Source of the DNA: Octopus bimaculoides
Lineage: Eukaryota
Length of the DNA: 64,000 nt
Assembly: GCF_001194135.2 (NCBI RefSeq)
Contig: NC_068987.1
Span: 23,768,150-23,832,149 of the forward strand
Direction of reading: 5' to 3'
The notes beneath the pieces are model-generated. The model was not told the DNA's origin. It made no database searches and worked only from the letters and a program-made list of their open reading frames with translations. Made by a program: the position numbers and the translations under genes. Positions 50,161 through 63,802 of the stretch are shown one piece after another; position 1 is the first letter of the stretch, and every line of letters begins with the position of its first letter.

Positions 50161-51766
50161 GGAAATGATAGCGAGAGCGGAGAAGATGATTTTAAACAGG
50201 TACACATAGAGGGACACCCTTCCCTTGTATTATGGTCTTGGAATCCTGAAAATCTTGCCTCATGAAATTCTGTAATGCTTCCATTATAACAAGGGATGCT
50301 TGTACAGTAAAAGTTCTTACAACAAAATGTCAACAGACAGAAACATTTGGTGGAGGTTAAAGCAATTGGGGAAAAAAAAAGTTCCCCTCCTCCATTTTGC
50401 CTCCAACAAAGCAGAGATTGGCTGTTTACAAGAAAATCTTTATCTTCTGCTTAAATTACCCCACCCTGCTACATCTTAGAAAAGGAGAGACACAGTAGAT
50501 ACACTGGAGTATAAAAAAAAATAATAGTTACAGCATGAGCATTTCTGATCATAGACTTGTTGACCTTGGGCTAAACACCAACAACTATAATGCATCAAAC
50601 TAATGAGAGCACCTACATGGTCACTCAGCTTCCTAACATTAGCAGCCCAATCTCCCTCACATCCCACCCCACTGCCTTAACCCTTTAGTGTTCAGGTTAT
50701 TATACTAAACATAATGCTTATTGATTCACATTGTTTTGAATGAATCATGCATTATCTCGTGTCTTTGAGATTTCGATTGTGATTGTTTAATGTAGAATAA
50801 CATAACATTGTAGGTTACGTGTGAGAGCCTGGATCAGGTCAGTTCGAACATAAAATAAATGGAACATTTTGGCCAGATATGGCCAGTTTAAATGCTAAAG
50901 TGTTAAACAAGGCTAAACATATTAAATTATGTTGTCAGTACACAGTTTTAAGAAAAATATGATGGTAAGGATACTGTTGATCAGCCCTGATGCTGGACTA
51001 AACACCCATAAAAGTATCTAATGTACCACAATTTATTGCTTGAGTGACACAATTCTCTCTGGCTGTTAAAATAATCAAGCCAGCTGTGAAACATAAGCAA
51101 CTCTAAAGTTTAGGAGTTAACAAGAATAAATTACCTTTCTAACATCACACCTCCACCATGATCATTTCTTGCTCAGCACATGACATACGTGTACAGAAAT
51201 CATCATTATCACTACTGATGTACATAGAAGGCCAGTAGTAGTTCTCCATACAGTAGTAGTTCTCCATACACCTTAAGTATGTATCATTTGTGAAGACAAT
51301 TATTTCTGTACCTGTCCAAACTTATCAATGGTATCCACATAAAACAATGAAATAACCTCTGTGCAATAACCTCGTGCGTTGGGCCTCACAGAGACCATTG
51401 GCATTATGTTGTGCTTGAGAAGACCCGTCAAGCTGATCAAAATTGCAGTCGTAACAGATACTGGTGTCATGCAAATGGAACCCATGCCAGTGGCATGTAA
51501 AAGCACCCACTACACTCTCATAGTGGTTGGCATTAGGAAGGGCATCCAGCTGTAGAAAACCAAGCCAAATCAAACTGGAGTCTGGTGCAGCCTTCCAGCC
51601 CCAGTCAAACCGTCCAACCCATGCGAGCATGAACAAGGGATTTTAAATGATGATGATAATGGTGATGATGATGTAGTTGCTCAACTTACTTGAAATATCA
51701 CTCATATCTTCAAACAAAAAAGTAAAGGTATATATATATACTAATAATATAATAATAATATAATAT

Positions 51767-51807
<41 letters not shown>

Positions 51808-52166
51808 AGGTGCAGGAGTGGCTGTGTGGTAAGAAGCTTGCTTCCCAACCACATGGTTCCGGGTTCAGTTCCACTGTGTGGCAATTTGAGCAAGCGTCTT
51901 CTACTATAGCCTCAGGCTGATCAAAGCCTTGTGAGTGGATTTGGTAGACGGAAACACTGTATATATTTCTGTGTGTATCTGTGTTTGTCCCCTCATTATC
52001 GCTTAACAACCGATGTTGGTGTGTTTAAATCCCTGTAACTTAGCAATTCAGCAAAAGAGACTGATAGAATAAGTACTAGGCTAACAAAGAATAAGTCCTA
52101 GGGTCGATTTGTTCAACTAAAGCGGTGCTCCAGCATGGCCACAGTAAAAGAATAAAAGAAAAAGAA
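51808..52166 (+). mobile_element. tRNA-headed SINE (second family), near full length
   Basis: A-box TGGCTGTGTGG, B-box GGTTCAGTTCC, core CCTTGTGAGTGGATTTGGTAGACGGAAAC, 3' part ...GGTGCTCCAGCATGGCC...GTAAAAGAA. Other copies near 2640, 12990, 43450, 48370, 58020, 59545 and 61750. Confidence 0.8.
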
Positions 52167-52178
52167 TATATATAAAAG

Positions 52179-52209
<31 letters not shown>

Positions 52210-54525
52210 GATAATGTAGTCCTAGATACACTACATTCAATTAAATGACAAGATGATCACATCAGGAACACTTTTGATTACTGGTTTGTTCAATCAGTAT
52301 TGACCAGAAACTAAATAACAATGGATAGCTAGATAAACTGGGCCATTAACAGTTAAATGGTTTTGCTAGGGATAAAATGAATCATTGACCCATGCAGAGA
52401 ATAATTTAGTGCTTTAAAAGCATGACCAGCTGTGACTTAAGAGATTAGGCTAACAAAAAATAAAATTAACTTATAACCTGAACTGTCCTTGGTCACCTTG
52501 GAAACTGGTCTTGTGCTAAAAAAAAATTTTGCCCAACTATCATCTGTTTAACTTACATTCAGTGCACCAGCATGACCGCAGCCACTTGGCTGAAACACAT
52601 AAATAAATAAAAATTCAAGAATGCTCATCATCATCATCATCATCATCGTCGTTTAACGTCCGCTTTCCATGCTAGCATGGGTTGGACGATTTGACTGAGG
52701 ACTGGTGAAACCGGATGGCAACACCAGGCTCCAGTCTGATCTGGCAGAGTTTCTACAGCTGGATGCCCTTCCTAATGCCAACCACTCAGAGAGTGTANNN
52801 NNNNNNNAAATAAATAAAAATTCAAGAATGCTCATCATCATCATCATCATCATCGTCGTTTAACGTCCGCTTTCCATGCTAGCATGGGTTGGACGATTTG
52901 ACTGAGGACTGGTGAAACCAGATGGCTACACCAGGCTCCAATCTGATTTGGCAGTGTTTCTACAGCTGGATGAGCTGGATGCCCTTCCTAACGCCAACCA
53001 CTCAGAGAGTGTAGTGGGTGCTTTTACGTGTCACAAGCTATGGGTGCTGTCCTTTCACACTGGCATTCAATATGTTTTAAGTTTGCTCAGAAATAAATAA
53101 TTTTAAAACAATGAATTTGTCAAATCTCATTTAATTGCAGATATTTTTCAGTTTGACCCAGAACAAAAGAGGCACGTAAGTTATTTATTACATCACAAGA
53201 CACCACGATTATATTTATAGAATATAAGGCTGTTTACGGTCAATGAAAGTGCATCATGGAGAAACAAGAATTTGAAAATATGAAAGGAAAAAAAAGAGGG
53301 GAGTGGGCAGGTTAATAAATAAACAAAGTCATAAAAGAAAGCTGATCTGCTTCCCTCCATCATCAGCATTTTTATTAGAGAGAAATAAATTAATCTTTCA
53401 GCTTAATGAAATATCTTTATGATTCCTAATTGTTCTATTGCCATCATCACAACACAACTTTACATCACACCAGCACCATCACAAGACAATGAGGAAGCCT
53501 CTACATGGTTGCATCATCAGCAGCAAGAAATTACAGCCAAATCTTCCTCACAAACTACTACTCTACCAGTTAAATATACAGAATAAACTAATACTAATAA
53601 TAATATATCAAAAAGGAAAATGTGAGTGGTCACAGCTTGAGTTCTGGTTAGTATTTTTCATCAGACTAAAATTAATTTTCCCAACATGTGCAAAGAATGT
53701 CAGAGAATGACAGTTGCAGAGGAACAGTGGCTACCATACTGTAAATAAGAAGACCATGCCCACTTTCACTGTGGCCACCACATGAATCTAAAGGTGGAGA
53801 GAAATGAAATGGACAGTGAAGAGAGTGCCACATTCACACCATTACACTGCATCCACATATGACTTGATTCATCATCAAAGTATGTCAGACTATGTAGTAA
53901 GGTTGTCAGGTTAGGTGCAGACATCATATGGATCTGTGGATCATATCTCATAATTTTACTAAGAACCTGCACGTTGTAAGACTGCTTGATCTAGGCTGAC
54001 CTTGTGTCACATAAATGCCAACAGACAATTGCTACGATAATTTTTCAAACAAAATAAATAAACCAATTCATAAACAATGCAATAAACAAAAAATATAGCA
54101 AACAACAAAACATAAAGATTTTAAATATTTCCCCAATTATGAGAAATATATTAAATTTCAATGGTATGACGTGTTGGGATGCATATACATGAAGTGTACA
54201 GCATATGTGTTTGTCTGTGAAGTGTGTGTGTGTGTGTGTGTGGGGGTACAGTATGTATTTGTGTGTGGTTTACAGAATGTGTCTGTGTGAATACAATGCT
54301 TGTGTGTGCAGTGTACCATGTGTATGACGTAGTTTGCATGTGTATGTGTGTATGGTGTATACTGTATATGTCTATGAGTATGTTGTGTATGTACACATAA
54401 TGCATAATGTGTAGAAGTGTCTTGTGTAGTAAGTGTTTATGTATGTGTTTGTGGTATGTACATATACATGTATAATAGTGTATGTGTGTTGTGCAAGGGA
54501 GTGTATGAGTATGTATGTACAGTAT

Positions 54526-54559
<34 letters not shown>

Positions 54560-54692
54560 ACAGTGTAACTGTGCAGACAACATACAGTGTGTATGTGTTT
54601 ATATTAAATATATGTATTAAAGACCTGTTGTCTAGGATGGTGGGATGGTTGCAAAGGCAATAACTGTCTAGACTAAAACAACAATAATTATT

Positions 54693-54840
54693 GGTGACAC
54701 ATAAAAGGTACCCGTCCCAGTGACATATTAAAGGCACCTGTGCAGGTGACATATTAAAGGCACCTGTGCCAGTGACATGTTAAAGGCACCTGTGCCAGTG
54801 ACATGTTAAAGGCACCTGTGCCAGTAACACATGAAAGGAA
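54693..54840. repeat. 26-bp minisatellite inside an RTE-tail repeat
   Basis: Unit AGTGACATGTTAAAGGCACCTGTGCC, 5-6 copies. Confidence 0.9.
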
Positions 54841-57543
54841 CCCCGTACACTCTGCGGAGTAGTTAACATTAAGGGCATCCAACCATAGAAACCAAGCCAA
54901 ATCAGACTGGAGCCCAATGCAGCTCTCCAGCTTATCAACTCCAGTCAGACCATCTAACCCATGCCAGAATCGAAAACAGATGCATGATGATGATGAAATA
55001 TAAAGTATCTCCTCGTATATTGACAATATGCTCTGACAACTTGTCACCATAATCATTGTCTTCTTTCCAGCTATTCTCACCCTTATATAATGTGGGGTAG
55101 CTATGTATTTCTCTCCAGCAAGACACCAATGCCTACCTGCCTACCATAATTTAAGTTCTCATCACCTTGCATAAAACCGCCTCCCTCTCTACTACAACTC
55201 CATTCAGTTGAATGGTCGTTATCCTTATCTTGCAAGCTACTTGGTGACCTCACTAGTGCTGGTGCCACAAAAGATAAATAAAGCATCCAGTACACACTGT
55301 AGAGTGATTGGCATTAGGAAGGGCAACTAGCCATGGAAGCAATACCAAAAACAGACATCGGAGCTCACCTCACAGCTCACTGATTCCTGCTGAACAATCC
55401 AACTCATGCTGGCATAAAAGATGGTCATTAAATGATGATGATGATGAAACAAATAATTTAAAATTTATTATAAAAATGCTAATTTTATGCAATAAGTATC
55501 AGTAAATAACTAATATTTTGATGTTAAGCAAGCAAAATTTCACCATGCTTTTCAACCTCAATGTATATATTATATGTAACATTATTAAATCTATATTCCA
55601 TAAGTGAAGCTACAGAATGTATCAAATATAGTGTTATAAAGGCAGAAAGTATTCTGTCTCTTGTTAAGTGTCATTACAGAGTGAAGATTAAACATATGGT
55701 CATACAGTGTATGTTTGTCTCTGGTGATTAGACTATTTTTACAGACGTATTTTATTATCAGCGAGTGTATATAAAATATCATGCATGTGTGTGCATATAT
55801 ATATATGTGTGTGTGTGAATATATATATAGTCAGTGGATCATATATCCAAAAAAAAGAAGTACACTCTAAAAGTTAGGGCAGTAATGTATTTACATGAAG
55901 TTAAATAAATGTTCGCATTATGGATGTGAAACCATTGGCCACTCTATGACCAGACATTATTTTGACTTCATTTAAATATATATATATATTCAATTTCACT
56001 AACAGGAAGTGAGTCAACTTGAAACTATGGCAAAGGCAACATGTTCAATATTCCCTGCAGCAGAATTAAAGCCGGGATATCATGATTGTAAAACAAACTT
56101 AACTTGGCCATAGCTACTGGTGAAGGTTTAGCCTGTGGTATGGTAGATGGGTGTTAAGATGTTAAGGAATTGGTAGGTGGAGAGCTACTGAAGAAGGGGT
56201 ACAGAAGGTGTTCAAGTGTGGTAATAGAGCAGCTATGGGTGATAGGTGCAGTGTACAGGTAAACAGGTGGTATAGTATAGGTGCTTAGTCCCAGGTCAGT
56301 TACTGAGTGAACAAATCTGCTAATAAAAGACATTCCAGTCATAATCCTCTCATCCTTCTCTTGGGCATTGCATATCAATGTATTCCTCTTTTTTCAAGAC
56401 TGCACAGTATGACATGTGACACAGAGGGGGGAATGATCTGTTATTTCTAGCAGGTTAAATCCTCTTGTTGGTGTGGCATAGTGCAGTGGTACAGCAGAGT
56501 ACTATATGGCAACTAAGGAATAACAAGAGGATTTGTAGCTATGACTTTAGAGTAGTAGTAGCAGCACTGTTGCTGCTGCTGCTACCACTACTACTACTAC
56601 AATAGCACCAAAATATATCAAAATAGGTAAAAGCATCAGCTGTATAAAATGTAGTAGTGGTGCTGGTAGCAGTAGTAATAGCAGAAGCATTGGTGGTGGT
56701 AGTAATGGTGGCAGTAGTGGTGGTAATAATCTTCTAAGACTAGCACAAGGCCATATATTTTGGGGAAGGGATGTAATTAAATCAAACTTTCAGCTGATTC
56801 CTGTTTGATATCATCATTGACCCCAGGAGGATAAAAGGCAAAAGTTTACAGGGGCAAAATTTGAACTCAGAACAAAGGGATGTAACTAAATACTGCAAAA
56901 AGTTATATTGCTTCATTGCCCTTAGTCAATCTACCACACTTGACTAACTAAGCAAGAAAGGCATCAATAAGGGATCACATTGGCTGTTGGGAAAAGGTCC
57001 AACAAGAATGTTCCTGTCAGCTAATGATATTTAATGATGAACTGAAATTTGGAAACAATATAGTGAGTGCTCTATGTCCTACAAATGATCTTTGAGGGCA
57101 ACCTATTTAACCTACTTAACAAATAAAAGAGGTTTTTAAATTTCAATTCCCATTCACCATCACTGCCACCTAGTTTGCCACAAATAACAGGGATATGTCT
57201 TGTTTTTTTTTTATAGGAAAGGGGTGGAAGTCTATATCAAAACAAGGGGCACTTGTGTATATTGTGTAAAGTGTGGTAAGGAAGAAATGAGGTGGAATCT
57301 TTGTAGTGTGTTTTAGGTGTATAGTTCTGACAAAATAGATTAAATGGACTGTAAAATGTGACATGAGATGTTTGAGATAATTGCTGAAATAAAAGCAACC
57401 CGACCCTTAAAACAAAACAAAAGGATTAGTTTAAATATTAATCATAAAATTAGGCTAAGTAATGACAACAGAAATGGGTGGGGTGGGGTTGAAAATGTTT
57501 GCACAAATCAACAGTAATGACTGCATAAATCAAATGTACGAAC

Positions 57544-57693
57544 CTAATGTTGATAACAATGGTTGTTTGATACTTGGTACATGTGAAGGTGTGGAAGTAC
57601 TACTAAGTTCAGAAGTACTTAGTCGAGATTTTGTTGACGGTACATGATTGCCAATTGTATAAGACCCTGATAGAGTAGGTGACGTTTTAGATA
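57544..57693 (-). CDS. SLAIN2: SLAIN-family protein, S/T/P-rich exon
   Basis: tttcag|TA TCT AAA...TTA G|gttcgt; 150 nt, phase 1-1; SKTSPTLSGSYTIGNHVPSTKSRLSTSELSSTSTPSHVPSIKQPLLSTL. Open and phase-compatible; STPSHVPSIKQ resembles SLAIN2 STPVRPPIVKQ. Confidence 0.75.
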
Positions 57694-58660
57694 CTGAAAT
57701 ATAAAAAATAGAGAACATTGTAAATAGCTTGAAAAAGAGATGAAAAGATGTTGAACAGCAAACAAATAGTAAAATAGCCAAGAATAGGTAAAAATGGTCA
57801 ACAGTTGGCAAAGATAACTGACAGTTGGTAAAGATAGCAGACACACAATGGGCCAAATAGTAGTCAATAAATAAAACAACAGGTAATACAACAGACAATT
57901 GGTAAACCTAACAGATATTTATCTGTGTAGTGACGATTAGTAACATAGCCAACTGTTGGTAAGATAGCCAGCAGTTGGTAAAATAACAGAAAATACATAA
58001 TGAGCTGACAGTTTCTGTCTACCAGTTTCACTGATAAAGCACTGGGTGGCTTGAGGTGCTCCACAGAGATGTAATCTAAACCCACATGGTTACAAAGCAG
58101 ACTTTGCAACCATACACCCTTGCTTAAATTTTTTTTTATTTATGTTTCTTATCAATATCCTATCCATTTGTTTTCTATTTGTAAATTGCTGTTTTTGTAG
58201 TATCAAGTTGATTTTCTTTTGAGAAAAATGAGGGGTGTGGATCAGAATATTTGTAGTCACTTCTCCATGTGGGACAATGCAAAGAAGAAATAAAATCTGC
58301 CAAAAGAAAAAAGTTAGTAAACCTTATTTTTCTATGTCTGAATCCCAAACTTTCTGAAACTATCTGTATGTAAGCTCAATAGAACACTGTTTCCTGTAAT
58401 AAAACCCTTGAAAAGAAAGGGGAAGCAGAAGAGCCAAGAGGAGGAAGAGGAAGCAGAAGAGCCAAAACGAGGAAGAGGAAGCAGAACAGGCAGAAATGGA
58501 AGAAGAAAAAGATGGGGAGAAGGAGGGGAAGAAGAAAATATGACAAGGCAGGAGGACAGGAGGATGAGCAGGAAGGAAAGAGGGAGGAGAGGAAGAAGGA
58601 ATATGGGGAGAAAAGGAGAGTAAGGCAATAGAGGAAGAAAGGAGGAGACATTCACCTCTT

Positions 58661-59696
58661 CCACACTTTTGCCAAGTTTTGACTCAATTAACAAACCTGT
58701 TGAATTAAACCACCTCTCAGTACAGTTCCTTTGAGCAACTATAGAATTAACTTCACTCAATAGAATACTTCAGAGTATTTACAAGAGATAATGATACTGA
58801 GTTGGAAAGCCTACTGAAAATTGTCCAGAGTTTCACCAAAGAATGAGCAAAGACCATACAGATATTTACGAGAAGGAGAAAATTAAGAAAAAGCACAACA
58901 GAATACTAAGACTAATATTGGTATCAAATTTTGGTATATGGCCAGCAATTTTAGGTGAGGCAGTAAGTCAATTACATCAACCTCAGTGCTCGACTGGTAC
59001 TTATTTTATCGACCCCAAAAGAATGAAAGCAAAGTCAATTAGGCGGAATTTGAACTCAGAACATAAAGACAGACAAAATGCTGCCAAGCATTTTACCCAG
59101 TGGGCTAACAATTCTGCCAGTTTGCTAAGGCTAGTATTAAAAACTGAACTCAATGCTAGAAATAAGATATTAGGTATAAAAAATGACTAGCCATCCCAGT
59201 TATAAATTACGTTAACATTATACACTGGAAGAGAACTGAAAAGCAACATTCCAAAACCCATCGCTCCAAAGCTTATATAGGTGGAATATACCTCAGTCAC
59301 ACACAAGAAGGATGGAGTCTGATAGAAATAGAGAATCACTAATGAGAGAATGCCTAGAAAAACATTAAGAAGCAAGCAAAGGAAGCTGATAAATGTAATA
59401 AAGAAACATGTTAGAAACAGAAAAAAAAAAAACTTTTCTCTATTAGGAAATATGAAGGCACAAACAGGAAACTAACTGCACTGAAATAACAGACTTAGAT
59501 AAAGACAAAACAACTGAAAAAGATTAAAAAAAGAAAAACAGACATAGGTATGGTTAAGAAATTTGCTTACCAACCACATGATTTCGGGTTCTGTCCCATT
59601 GTGTGACACCTTGAGAAAGTGTCTACTACTATAGCAACAGGCTGGCCAAAGCTTGGTGAACAGATTAGGTAGATGGAAACTGAAAGAAGCTCTTTC

Positions 59697-59732
<36 letters not shown>

Positions 59733-60560
59733 ATATATATTTATATGTGAAGGTGTGTATGCTTCTGTCAGGTGATAGTTGTAAATGAGTGCCACTGTCA
59801 TACAAACAGTGTTGTTCATTTCCAATATTCTATGGAAACATGTCTGGCCATGGGGAAATAGTTATCTTGCTCGGAAAGAAATGAGGGCTGGCAACAGCAA
59901 TGCCTGCTTCAATAAACTCTGTCAAACCCATGTAAGCATAGAAAAGTGAACATTAAAGTGATGATGACAACAAATAACAAAACAGAATTCCAAGATATTT
60001 AAAAAGAGAAAAACTACTCTATCATGGTCAATATCTTGCAAAGCTTGAAACAGAGAGGAAGTGAGCCAGAGTGAAAGTTAAAAATGGCTCAAAAGTTCTG
60101 AGCTAAAAACAGAAACAGAATGTCTGATTGTAGCTGCACAACACCAAAGCCTAGCCACAAACAACTGCATATATAAAGCAGTCAAAGAAGATGCTGACAT
60201 CAAATGCAATGAGGCATTTGACCACATCACCTCCCGCTGCCCAGTCTTTATGAAGTTCAAATATGTAGACATTTTGAATTGGCAGCTTTGTCCAATGGTC
60301 AATATGCCAACACTTCATGTAACACAAACATAAAACACATACAAAATACCCCTCTACTTCACCACTACCCAACAAAATAAGGACACGTTTCACATTGCAT
60401 ATATACTACAAAACAGAAGAAATACTAAAATAGTTGCAGAAACAAGCTAAACTCCATCACAAAGTAAAAATAGTGTAGTGTAGTAACATTGATCTACATC
60501 TCTAAAACACAATACTGTACATACCTCAGAAACACAGAGGTGCACCTGGTGCTGCAGTAG
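58661..60560 (+). mobile_element. Fragmented Dong/R4-like non-LTR retrotransposon (restriction-like endonuclease type) with nested SINEs
   Basis: Co-linear plus-strand pieces VFTRDNDTELESLLKIVQSF (about 58785-58840), AIPVINYVNIIHW...GWSLIEIE (about 59190-59335) and WLKSSELKTETECLIVAAQHQSLATNN...KC...DHITSRCP (60084-60243). Confidence 0.7.
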
Positions 60561-60790
60561 AAGTATGTATGAAATTATCAATAACAATTTCTTTTATGGT
60601 CCACAAGGGCTCAAGATGTTAACCCTTTCATTACCATATTTCAGTTGGTTTCAACTGATTTTGAAAATCATGAAGAATTAAGTAAAAGAAATTTTGATAG
60701 AAAGTTTTAATGAAGTCCATTTTTAAACAAGAAGTTTGCATCATAGAATTAGGGGTGATCTCAGGTTAGTATCAAAAGGGTTATGGACAG

Positions 60791-61097
60791 TTTGTTTGTT
60801 TGTTTGTTGGCACTCCGTCGCTTACGACGTCGAGGGTTCCAGTTGATCCGATCAATGGAACAGCCTGCTCATGAAATTAACGTGCAAGTGGCTGAGCACT
60901 CCACAGACACGTGTACCCTTAACGTAGTTCTCGGGGATATTCCGCGTGACACCGAGTGACAAGGCTGACCCTTTGAATTACAGGCACAACAGAAACAGGA
61001 AGTAAGAGTGAGAGAAAGTTGTGATGGAAGAGTACATCCCCTGCCAGAGCCTCGTGGAGCTTCAAGTGTTTTCGCTCAATAAACACACACAACGCCC
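60791..61097 (-). mobile_element. Young CpG-rich SINE-like element with (ACAA)n tail; 5' end hidden in a gap
   Basis: Many intact CpGs; CORE-like GTTGTGTGTGTTTATTGAGCGAAAACACTT on the minus strand; a degraded piece near 31510-31570. Confidence 0.55.
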
Positions 61098-62723
61098 NNN
61101 NNNNNNNNNNNNNNNNNNNNNNNNNNNNNNNNNNNNNNNNNNNNNNNNNNNNNNNNNNNNNNNNNNNNNNNNNNNNNNNNNNNNNNNNNNNNNNNNNNNN
61201 NNNNNNNNNNNNNNNNNNNNNNNNNNNNNNNNNNNNNNNNNNNNNNNNNNNNNNNNNNNNNNNNNNNNNNNNNNNNNNNNNNNNNNNNNNNNNNNNNNNN
61301 NNNNNNNNNNNNNNNNNNNNNNNNNNNNNNNNNNNNNNNNNNNNNNNNNNNNNNNNNNNNNNNNNNNNNNNNNNNNNNNNNNNNNNNNNNNNNNNNNNNN
61401 NNNNNNNNNNNNNNNNNNNNNNNNNNNNNNNNNNNNNNNNNNNNNNNNNNNNNNNNNNNNNNNNNNNNNNNNNNNNNNNNNNNNNNNNNNNNNNNNNNNN
61501 NNNNNNNNNNNNNNNNNNNNNNNNNNNNNNNNNNNNNNNNNNNNNNNNNNNNNNNNNNNNNNNNNNNNNNNNNNNNNNNNNNNNNNNNNNNNNNNNNNNN
61601 NNNNNNNNNNNNNNNNNNNNNNNNNNNNNNNNNNNNNNNNNNNNNNNNNNNNNNNNNNNNNNNNNNNNNNNNNNNNNNNNNNNNNNNNNNNNNNNNNNNN
61701 NNNNNNNNNNNNNNNNNNNNNTCGTAGATATGTATATATATATATATATGTGTGTGTATATGTTTGTGTGTCTGTGTTTGTCCCCCCAACATCGCTTGAC
61801 AACCAATGCTGGTGTGTTTGCATCTCCATAATTTAGCAGTTCGGCAAAAGAGTCTGATAGAATAAGTACTAGGCTTACAAAGAATAAGTCCTGGGGTCGA
61901 TTTGCGCGACTAAAGGCGGTGCTCCAGCATGGCCACAGTCAAAATGACTGAAACAAGTAAAAGAATAAAAGAGTAAAAGAGTAGACTCAGCTGATAGCCA
62001 GATTTGTCCTACACATGATAACAGCTGTTCAATACAAGCCCAAAATTGGCAATGGATGGACATTGGGCATGTGCAAGTAGAATAGTTTCATCACTTTTCA
62101 CTTTGGTTGCTGATGCTTCCATTCCTGCAGAGCTTGTCCCAAACAGGCCATTCCACCTTGTAGCACTGCTAGGGCAAGGACTTTTGAAAAATGCTAATCC
62201 ATCACCTGAAAGCTCTCCAAAAGATACAGTACAGACTGTTCTTTGAGGCCTAGAACGGTTTCCAGGTCACTGTCATTCATACTCACCATTAACTCTCTAT
62301 GGAATGCAAGACTGGTCATTTTGCTCACAATTTATTCCCAATTTTTCTTCACCTGGAGGTTCAGTTTGAATCACATTAAAGCACCTTAACTGAACCCTCA
62401 AACCAGTAATAGCAGATACCACTGGCCAGCATGGACGTCCTTCTCCCTGGCAACAAGTTACAAGCCCACCAACATATCATAGTAGATATGTGTTCACATA
62501 ATTTTGTGACATTCTCCCAGTAAGATACTGGCCACCTTGATTTTTCAGGTGTTTGACACATGACACTGATGTCAACTGCACTGCATATGCAAAACAATAT
62601 ATCCCTCAATATCACCAACATCTTCCTGTCCCAAAATTTACAGGTAAGATATACTGGGATCTCAGCAAATCTCTACATCTGAAAATTGCTGGCCTTGTGC
62701 CTAAATTAGAAACATTATTATTA

Positions 62724-62757
<34 letters not shown>

Positions 62758-63093
62758 CATATTCCTTCCAGAGGAGTCATAGCAGTCCTAATATTATCTA
62801 TCATCATCATCACCATCATCATCGTTTAACGTCTGCTTTCCATGCTAGCATGGGTTGGACGATTTGACTGAGGACTGGTGAAACCGGATGGCAACACCAG
62901 GCTCCAATCTGATTTGGCAGAGTTTCTACAGCTGGATGCCCTTCCTAACGCCAACCACTCAGAAAGTGTAGTGAGTGCTTTTACGTGTCACCCGCACGAA
63001 AGCCAGTCAGGCGGTACTGGCAACGGCCACGCTCAAAATGGTGTATTTTATGTGCCACCCGCACAAGAGCCAGTCCAGGGGCACTGGCAACGA

Positions 63094-63135
<42 letters not shown>

Positions 63136-63506
63136 ANNNNNNNNNNNNNNNNNNNNNNNNNNNNNNNNNNNNNNNNNNNNNNNNNNNNNNNNNNNNNNNN
63201 NNNNNNNNNNNNNNNNNNNNNNNNNNNNNNNNNNNNNNNNNNNNNNNNNNNNNNNNNNNNNNNNNNNNNNNNNNNNNNNNNNNNNNNNNNNNNNNNNNNN
63301 NNNNNNNNNNNNNNNNNNNNNNNNNNNNNNNNNNNNNNNNNNNNNNNNNNNNNNNNNNNNNNNNNNNNNNNNNNNNNNNNNNNNNNNNNNNNNNNNNNNN
63401 NNNNNNNNNNNNNNNNNNNNNNNNNNNNNNNNNNNNNNNNNNNNNNNNNNNNNNNNNNCATCTGAAAATTGCTGGCCTTGTGCCTAAATTAGAAACATTA
63501 TTATTA

Positions 63507-63546
<40 letters not shown>

Positions 63547-63802
63547 TATTATTATTATTAACACTAACAGGAAAGTTACCGAAAACAGGATATTTGAATT
63601 CCCTCTGTATTACTCCTGCCAAAACAATGTTTCCTTATTACCCATTAAACCTTCCTGATAGGAGGGGTTTATAGAAACAAAAAAAAAAAAGCTTCCTTTT
63701 TTTTTTGTTATAAAACAAAAACATCGTTAAGATGATGCCAGCCATCTTAATCCATATTTGTTTTATCACAGAAATATTATCAAAACTTCAAGTTCTACTT
63801 AC

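Noticed and set aside
51808-51880. tRNA-like A/B boxes (also at 30200-30287)
   Set aside because: These are SINE heads: no cloverleaf, and they continue into repeat bodies.
52601-53030. Direct duplication of about 200 bp around a 10-N gap
   Set aside because: Identical unique flank on both sides of a minimal gap indicates contig overlap or haplotype duplication.
54693-54840. Regularly spaced short repeats resembling a CRISPR array (also 33822-33953)
   Set aside because: Head-to-tail units with no unique spacers, in a eukaryotic intron with no cas genes.
58332-58760. R/K/E-rich and L/S/P-rich ORFs
   Set aside because: Low-complexity purine tract.
62287-62352. Possible 66-nt SLAIN cassette or poison exon (minus strand, ATG|GTGAGT donor)
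   Set aside because: Weak pyrimidine tract and stops in all three frames; no supporting evidence.
62676-63560. CATCTGAAAATTGCTGGCCTTGTGCC...(TTA)n repeated on both sides of a gap
   Set aside because: Repeat-derived and gap-adjacent, so likely an assembly artefact; it cannot be called a real duplication.
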